Positions 55,847 through 64,000 of a stretch of DNA of 64,000 nucleotides are shown piece by piece. The DNA is from Guillardia theta CCMP2712 (Eukaryota > Protista > Cryptophyta): contig NW_005434665.1 of the NCBI RefSeq assembly GCF_000315625.1, forward strand, positions 74,969-138,968. The letters are read 5' to 3'. The translations under genes and the position numbers were made by a program. Position 1 is the first letter of the stretch, and every line of letters starts with the position of its first letter. The notes beneath the pieces were generated by a model. It had not been told where the DNA came from. It worked only from the letters and a program-made list of their open reading frames with translations, and searched no databases.

Positions 55847-56518
55847 GGCGCCTCTTGGTTTCGAGCGAACCCACTACCTTGTTGGAACACAGATCGTGGT
55901 TTTAAGGGGGTAGGGGTGATGGGATCATACATTTTAATATCAAACGGTGGGTACTTTCAGGATCGATTTTGGGGTATGAAGAGGCAATCAGTTGAGATAG
56001 GGGGTAGGGGTGAAAGGTGTAGGGTATGCACAAACAGTGGGGTATTGCTGGGGGTCGGGGTGCTATGATAATTCTAGGAAATCCATAGACTATAGTGATC
56101 TTGGTCTTATCTGCCTACTGCAATCTAGGATGATGAGAATGTGGTGGGTAGTTGAAGGTAAAGAAGACCGGTTGTTTAAATTATTTCCGATATCTCTTTG
56201 AAAATTTCAAAAATGGATTTAGCTTTTGAAAATACATTTCGAGGCCCGGGCAGTAGCATGATGGCGGGAAGCACGACGATGCAGTGAGGGAGAAGAGAGG
56301 AAGTTAGGAGAGGAGAGGAGAAGATGAAGGGAGGAGAGAGGAGGAAGTGAGGAGAAGAGAGGAGAAGATGAAGGGAGGAGAGAGGAGGAAAACGATATAG
56401 ACTAGAACAAAGAAAGGAGATGTGATGGAGTTCAAGAAAAAGATCGTTTCGTTCTAAACGTGGAAAGGGTTTGAACAACACAATAGTTCCTTGATATTCG
56501 GCCTTCGTATTGAAACAG

Positions 56519-58100
56519 GATGCAACATCATAGCGTCGATAACAACCCGCCACTTCTTGACAAGCATGAAAAATTTGAAGAGACCGATCAGCTGCCCATG
56601 TTAAGGGAGAAGGAAAAGCTTCCGAAACCAGCGACTGATCAACCATGCTCAAATCCGTTCCCCGATGACAGCCAGCACAGAATACTTGAATTGCAGAAGG
56701 CATGGGTGTGGCTTGCAGCCGAAAACAGTTTCCTGAAGACTACCTGCGCCCAAGAGAAGTGAGGAGAATGTTTCGAGAAAGCTGCGCGTGTTGTTGATGA
56801 TTTGGCAGGTGCTCTAACAGACATCTGCGCAAACAGGTTCAAGCTCTTAAAGAGGCGATCATGATTCTGCATGCCCAGAGGTCTGAGCACAGTGAGAAGG
56901 ACGGGCCACGACCTCAAGTTGAGAAATTTCACACGATTGTTAAGCGATTGGAAAGTTTGGAGGAGGATTGGAAGGAAAGCATACGAAAGACCGAAAACAG
57001 CACGAGAGAGCTCAGTCAGTTGAGAGTGGAACACGCACAAGTGCTCGAAACTTCTTACATGCTGCGAGATGCATATGATAAGCAGATTGAAAGGCTGAAA
57101 CTAGACATACAGGAGAACGAGATTAAATACCATGACGCGGAAAACCGATATTGCTGCATGTCAAAACTTTATCAAGATCTGGAAAGCTCCTCACGAAAAG
57201 AAGAGGAGAAGCATGCACGATTTGCCAGTCAAATCCTACAAAGGCACTCTGAGATGGAGGAGCAAGTGTCGCAGTGGATATCGGGTTTAGAGTCAAACAT
57301 TTCACAATTGAGCGACATTCTCAATACTTCCAAGACCAGTATTTCTGTTGCCCTCCAATCCACGAACAGGCTCATCTCGATCCAAAGAGAACGATGCCAG
57401 AAGCTGGAAGAAGGGAGGCGGACAAAGGAAGCCCATGTCAAGAAGCTGTTGCTCCTCGTCAAGGACTTGGAGGGTAGGGCCAAGTCTTCCTTGGAGCGAT
57501 TGGAGGAGGTTGAAGAGGAGCGCCTGAGCCTTCAGGCTTCTCTGTCCCATCTGAAACAAGCAAGTTGTGAGAAAGACATTCTGATAGAACAGCTGGATAG
57601 ACAGTGCGCCGAATATGAAGGCGCATTGACAACTGCAAGAAGTTGCAAAGAGTTGAAGAAAGCTACTAGTCTCAAGCAGCTGAATTCCAAACCAATCAAG
57701 GTCAAGACTGAACCTCAAACTCGTGCATTAACGATGAGAGCTCCAACGGAGGCGGTAAAGGGACGAGATGGTCTCACAGATATTGGTTCCCACAATGCTT
57801 CCGATCAGCAAGAAGTACCTTCCAGAAAGCCGTTGATGGAGAAACCGGTGAACCGTCAGCAAAGAGATCTTAAAACTCCAGGAGAAAGCGGAAAGAGATC
57901 GGTGAAGGTACATAGTTTCATCTTTGTTCTTTGCTCAACTCACAACAGATGCAGGATACGAGGCTCACTCCTTCTTACCAACACTTCGAAGTGAAACAGA
58001 ACAGTACAGACGATGCAGCTACATCTGATAGCACCAAGTCTCAGTCTGCCCTTGCTCGACAATTAGATCCGATGTTGCAGGTATAGGTTCAGTTGTGACA
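56519..58100 (+). CDS. Hypothetical coiled-coil protein, multi-exon
   Basis: Long heptad-rich exon about 56880-57907; ends approximate. Confidence 0.65.
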
Positions 58101-58389
58101 TTTTCAATGTTGTGACGATGCTTTCAAAAGCGATCAAAAGTAATCTCTGCAAGACCGACTGCGGTGCGAAGAAGATGGATAGCAAACTCAGATTCCGACC
58201 ACAAGACTTTGCATTCGAGATAGGGTTGGCTGCAAACTTATTCTTTTATTCATGTCCTTGTAAGATAAATCGAGCCTCATGTCTGTCTGTCCTTCTGGTA
58301 AAGTTCGAAATTAAATTATATCTTGAATATCTTGAAACTGAGTCCTGAAGGCTGGGGGATAAAGTATGCCCCTGTTAAGCCTTCTGTAC

Positions 58390-59777
58390 CTTTCGAGCTT
58401 GACTTTGCTGAAGGAACACAAATTGTTAGACATACATCGCTGTGCAATGAGTCCTGTTACCTTGATGCTGTCATAAACAAGATAAAATGCTGCAGTCTGT
58501 AAGACCAGCAGGCAGTCAACGGGGATGTCTACAACAACAAGCTGTACTTACACTCGCAGCCAAGTGGAAGACTCGAGGGCTCAGGCTTGCCATTATCCTC
58601 CTTCGCCCTTCCTCCTTCCCGATGTCCCTCAACACATTCAAGGCGTTCACCCTCCCATTGCTAGCCATCAACTGACTCTTCATCAGGTCAAACGGAGTCG
58701 TCAGCACCGCTGCTGCACATCCTGCTCCTGCTCCCGTCAAAACCACTTCCTTCATCTCCAACTTTCCACCCTGCTTGTATGCTGCAAATCTTCTTAGCAT
58801 CTCATCGAACAGCACTAGCTGGAGCGCTCTGTAAGGAACATCGCGGAGCAGCATTGCGGGGTATCCACGGTAAAACTCTCCGATCCCTCCTCTCAGCATG
58901 TGCGATGCCCCCGAGGCAACATTGGTGTGCATCCTCAACTGCAATCTTGTCTTCAGCACTTCAGTCGGCGCCAGCAGCACATGCCCAGTGATGTCGCCAA
59001 GGACAGCGGAGACGATCTGGAACGAGCTCAAGTCAGCAGATCTTCTTAGAGGACGACTAACACTGTTCTCACTGTGTTCAACGTCCGATCCATAGAGGGA
59101 AAGGCATCCATTGTGATTCTCCTCCACACCTCAAACCCCAGGCATGTTGTCAGACCGTTTGCAATGTTGCCAACCAAAGAAGGGGCGACTCCCGCAAGGG
59201 ATGCTGACGAGCGATAGACCGCAGTGACCGCAGTTCGTTTGCTCTCCAGACTTACAACCTGCAGAAGAGCGGGAGAGCGGGAGGTGAGTTGCTGTTACCA
59301 AAGCAGTTTGCAGTTCCGATGATACCTGAGCACGAGTCTTGATAGTGTCCACGGGGTGCAGCATCAGCACAGACACAAATCGGCTGTGGGAACTTGTCAG
59401 ACGCATGACAAGAACAAGTTTTTCACATCACAAACACCTCAGATACGTGCATGAAAAACAAGGCCATGAAGAACTCTGGGGTAGACTGGTATTACCCCCA
59501 AACGATGCGCACAGCAAAAAATCATGTGCATGCCGACATATCGTGACAAACACATGGCAATTCCATCTTGTCTGCATCGAGCTCACCCTGATGCTCCTGC
59601 AAATGCCGAATCTTTGATCGATTCCATGATGTTCTTAACCCTCGCACCGATGCTCATGTCGGGCCTCAATACTCCGGCAGGACTGGCAGCACAAGATTCC
59701 GATATCATCACGACGAGCAGCAAGAGGAGGGGTATGAGGACATGCGATCTCCCGAGTCTCATGATGTTCATCCTCAT
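58390..59777 (-). CDS. Mitochondrial carrier family protein (SAM-carrier-like) with signal-peptide-like N-terminus
   Basis: Three Px[DE]xxK motifs: HPVDTIKTR, APTEVLKTR, TPFDLMKSQ; YRGYPAMLLRDVPY; ends approximate. Confidence 0.85.
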
Positions 59778-59800
59778 CTCGCCTTCCTTCTTTACCATCT

Positions 59801-59881
59801 TCTCGTTCCTCCTTGTCTCCACGTTCGCCATGTTCTCGTTCCTCCTTGTCTCCACGTTCGCCATGTTCTCGTTCCTCCTTG
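59801..59881. repeat. 33-bp tandem repeat, about 2.4 copies
   Basis: Unit TCTCGTTCCTCCTTGTCTCCACGTTCGCCATGT. Confidence 0.9.
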
Positions 59882-60184
59882 CCTCCATCGCCTCCTCGCG
59901 CCCCGTAAATGGCTGCATTATCGCTCCGATCCGAGGAATTCACCCCACCCCATCAGTCACAGCAAGGGACCCCCCTACGTACTACCCCCACCCCCAAATA
60001 TTTACTTGCTAAACTAAATTTTCTATAACTCGATGTGTACTCAGGACAAAGTTTGAGTACCCCTACCCATTCCTGAAAAAAATTCTTCTAAACGCAACGG
60101 TCATAACGGTCGGGGGACATGGGCTGGGACGATAGCCTACTAGAGGAGGGACAGGGGCGAGAAAGCGAAGGAGGGAGGGCGAAG

Positions 60185-62289
60185 ATGCGAGGATGGAGCG
60201 AAGAGAAGGAGAACTGGTAGCTCATGGGCGAACTTGTATGGAGCCGATGAAGGTGAGGCTACACTGAGATATGCACATTCTGTTTTCAACAAAGTTTGAT
60301 CAAAACCGATGCGAATCTTGGTCGACAACTCATTGATTTGGTTTTGCAGGAGTTGCCTACCTGCAAGACGAAGTGAAACCGCTGTTGAACAAGAATGTCC
60401 TCGATCGATAGCGAGATCTTCGTTGAGGAAGAGTCTCCTGCGAAGACGAATGCACCAAAGAAACGAGATGTTCCTGGTAGTGTCGAGCACCGCAGTCAAC
60501 CTACCAGTCTGAGTTGTTCCTGTAGGTATCATTGTCATGGATGTTGGTGATATCGAGTCTCCTGCCCCTCCACACGAAGAAGGTGGTGTTAGCCCAGATG
60601 TTGTGAACCTTGCTGAATCTTGGTGTTGACAGGCGACTGGCAAGATGAGGAGGACGATGGTTTGTTGCTCCGATGCTTCACAGTCACCACCGGCTGCTGT
60701 GCTGCTGTGCACAACGTCATGCTACAGCAGTGGAACTCTTGTGGCAACTTCGTGCGAGATAGGAGGTCTGCACTGAGTGAGGTGGGTGCTTTGAGCCAAT
60801 TGACCGACTCGATCGGCAGGTTCTGGCTCTGCAAGATAATCATTGTTGTCATGGATGCTGCTATCTTGAGAGGATCGTTCTCGATGGCAGAAGAATATTG
60901 TGACCAAGATGACGAGATCTCCGAGTTTGGATGGGTCCTCTGGTCGTCGTTCCTGGTCTTCTGTAAATTTGTGTACCTACGACCTGTCTTCCACCTCCAT
61001 CAGGTTTTGCTCGCGGTGGAGATGGAGACTTGTATCTCACTCAATCTGTCTAGCTCGGCGTCTTCCACAGCTCTCGCTGGGATGCCGTGAAGAGCGCGTT
61101 CCTCGAGCTGCTCTGCGTCATTTGCCATATCCTCATGCTCCTGTCCCTCATGATCCGGACTGTCGAGCCTGGCTTCGCCGCTTTCCGCAGGTGAGCCCTT
61201 GAAGGCGACGCGTTAGGATCGAGTCTGACTGTCTCGTCAGTGGTACGTGCGAATCTCGAGGAAGGGAGCTGGTTAGGGATCCTTTCACCTGTTCACTGGC
61301 TGCTAAGGTGTTGTTGGGAAGTAGCAAGGGTTGGAGATGATGATCATTGCGGTGCAGTGGTATTCGTTGACGCCGGATCACCCCATCAACGGAGACAATA
61401 AGACGAAGCCCTTGTCTCATCAGCCACCGGGCTGCTTCTTCGTCCAGGTGTTGGACATGGAATCTATTTGCCGTGTGATTTGACTGTCGCACAGAGTGAG
61501 AAGCAATTGTACTTTAACAAGGTTCTTTTGTGTGACTTTACTCCGCAGCTCTCTGACATTCGAATGCAGGTTATATGTTCTCGTGAAGAAGACTGGTGCG
61601 AAGATTGGATTCATCAGAATTATGGCCAGTGAGATCAAGAGACTATCCTGATTGGAGTGGCTAAATTGTTCCTTCAGGTGCACGAAGGAGTCAACTTGTT
61701 TATGTTTATGTGAATTTTTCTCCGCGTCTATCGTCATGTCAATCATCATTTTTGCTCTCCCGATGCCCGTGCAGGTTCATGACGCTACTGTCATGCTCTC
61801 ATTCTCTTCTGACATGTGTTGTTTTCCCTTTCCCTCCCCTTCCTCATTCTTCTTGGTTTGTTACAGTGGAGAATGTTGTCCTCGTCGCTCACAAAGGTCT
61901 CAACTCGTCGCCGCCTGCTTGTTTTGCTGAAACAATGGCAGATTGCCGAGAGACCGCGTGATAGCAACGAGCATAACCCATCAAACATCACCGACGTTGT
62001 AGCTCACTGTCATGATATCTACAAGCTCTGAAAGACTTTCGTGTAGATGACTGGTCCTAGTCAGAGAAATCGAGACGACGGGATGGAAGGAGTTGAGATG
62101 CAGACTCGATCAAGAACAACAGACATCGTTGTTGACGAAGATGACGCGGCTGAATCCGATAACGAGGGAACAACCCCAATGCCGTCAGATTTGTATGCAA
62201 AGGTAACTCGGAACATGTCTGCGGTGCAGATCAGATGTAGTGATGCTGGTTCTCCAGTGTATGGAAGAGTACAAGTGCCAAGGTGTTGA
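60185..62289 (+). CDS. Hypothetical multi-pass membrane protein, multi-exon
   Basis: Hydrophobic exons (FGWVLWSSFLVF; LCEFFSASIVMSIIIFALP) with GT-AG boundaries; family not recognised. Confidence 0.5.
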
Positions 62290-62334
62290 GGGTTTTCACG
62301 GCCTCTCGAGCTTCGCCGGTGATCTGAAACCTCC

Positions 62335-64000
62335 ATGAACGAATGTGGGCGAGTGATGGATGGATTTTCAGAGTCGGAGAAGCATGACGAGCAAGGCGGT
62401 TCTCATCAGCGAATGAAGAGGTTCGTTGCTGCTCCTCCTGCCAAACCGTCTGAACCTCTCAAAAGGCTGCACAAGGAGTTGAAATCTCTACCCAAGCAGC
62501 TCGAGCAGGTACCACCACCTGCTACTCCTCTCCCTCCTCTTCTCTCCCTCTTCTCTCCCTCCTCCACTCCAATCCGCTCCCTTGCCCTGTCCCCCACGCG
62601 CTCACACTCACCCCGTCCATTGCATTCCCCCCTCTTCTATTCTCCTTATTCTCTCTTCCCTCCTTCCTCTTCCTCCTCGCTCAGGCTGAGCTCGCACTTG
62701 CTGCAGCATCCAAACTCGAGCATATGGATACGCTACGACCAAGACAGGCCGCAGTACATGCGAGCCGCTATCACGGGACCCAGCGGAACACCTTATGAGG
62801 TAGATGGGAAAGGAGAGGAAGGGAAGGAGGGAGGGAAAAGGATGGGGGGGGGGGGTGGGGGAGGAGAGAGAGAGAGAAAGGAAGGAGAGGTGAGGTGAGG
62901 TGAGGTGATAAAGGGGAGGAGGGAGAGGGAGATAGCAGAAGCGTAGAGTGAGCTGATTTCCTCCCTCTGGTGTGATATCCTTTGATTTTTTCTCCCAGTC
63001 TGGAGTTTTTTTGTTTGATCTTTACTTCCCACCGAGTTATCCTTTGGTTCCCCCGAAGATGCTCTTCTTAACAACAGGTCGAATCTCTCTTCCTGCTCCT
63101 ACTCCTGCTAATGATCCTCCTCCTCTCTTGCCTTGTTTCCCTCATTCTTCACCTGTTTCTGTTTCCAATTCTCCTTCTCCTCTTTCTCCTCATCGTCACA
63201 CCCCTGCTCCTCCTCCTCGTCATGCTCTTCCAGCAGCAACTCCTTCCTTCTTTTTTCTTTGCTAACTTTGTAGTCTTGCCAGCTCATGGAACCATCCGAT
63301 TCAACCCGAACCTTTATGCTGACGGCAAGGTACATCAGAGCAAGCTTACAGTAGAGAGGGTGGGAGAGAGGGAAGAAGAAATGGAGCAGGAGAGGGGGGA
63401 GAGGGCGGGGTCGAGGACGAGAAGGTTTTGATCATCTTGTCCAGGTCTGTCTTTCGCTCCTTGGAACGTTCGATGGGCCCAAGTGGGATCCGGGCAGCTC
63501 GCTCTATCAGGCACGGGAGTGGAGTCAGCCCGAGCCTCCTCCGCTCACTCCTTCTCCAGGTCCTCATCTCCATCCAAGGGATGATCCTTGGAGCCCCGCA
63601 CCCCATTCTCAACGAGCCCGGGCTGGGAGGGTTCGAGCGACAAGGTGGGGAAGGAGGAGGAGGAGGAGGAGGAGGTCTTGGGTGCTGATGGACTTGTGCA
63701 GAGGGAGCGGCGGGGGGGAGGATCGCTCATGTGTGCGACAATGCCGTGCGCGCCTATGACGAGAGGGTTCAGCTTGCGACGTTGCAGGTCAGAGGAGGAA
63801 GGAGAGGCAGAAGACGGATGCCGGGGAACAGGAAGAGAAAGTAGAGGAAGAGGAGGGATTGGAGGCCGAGGAAGAGGCAGCAGCAGCAGCGGCAGCAGCA
63901 GCGGCAGCAGCAGCAGCAGCAGCGGCAGCAGCAGCAGCAGCAGCATCAACAGAGAGGGAGGCAGGGAAGGGGAGTCAAACGGAGTGACGCGTTGGTCTAC
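62335..64000 (+). CDS. Ubiquitin-conjugating enzyme, BIRC6/UBE2Z-type UBC domain (3' partial)
   Basis: SIWIRYDQDRPQYMRAAITGPSGTPYE|SGVFLFDLYFPPSYP..RFNPNLYADGK|VCLSLLGT..SSLYQ|VLISIQGMIL..NEPG. Confidence 0.92.

Noticed and set aside
59801-59881. 33-bp repeats as a CRISPR-like array
   Set aside because: Head-to-tail minisatellite without spacers, in a eukaryotic context.

Overview
Intron-rich eukaryotic nuclear DNA from a draft assembly with three N gaps. Short GT-AG introns with CTGAC/CTCAC branch points, GA/CT low-complexity tracts and GC-rich exons suggest a cryptophyte alga of the Guillardia/Hanusia type (inference). About 28 protein genes can be read. They include a KDM5/JARID1 demethylase, an N-terminal multi-EF-hand kinase, FOP/CEP43, SPC24, a PRR11-like protein, a MAPKK-like pseudokinase, an intronless U-box/Tyr-kinase-like/ARM protein, an MBD+Rad7-like LRR protein, a GT25-like enzyme, UMP-CMP kinase, an OCA2/ArsB-type permease, a GNAT, TTC33, a 4x-repeat+PB1 protein, a mitochondrial-carrier-family protein and a BIRC6/UBE2Z-type E2. 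There are three identical initiator tRNA-Met genes. Main points: (1) all three tRNAs carry the same structured 43-nt 3' extension, conserved exactly up to the Pol III T5 terminator, which suggests a dicistronic tRNA-small RNA or a SINE-like unit; (2) two of them face outward in a 641-bp near-perfect inverted repeat whose outer flanks are homologous but diverged; (3) a triplicated 65-80 aa microprotein resembles bHLH helix 2; (4) promoters fall into several motif classes: strand-oriented TACCCC clusters, AAACTTT/TTTGAA clusters beside centrosome and kinetochore genes, AACGG clusters, and GC islands. Ends of multi-exon genes were read by hand and are approximate.
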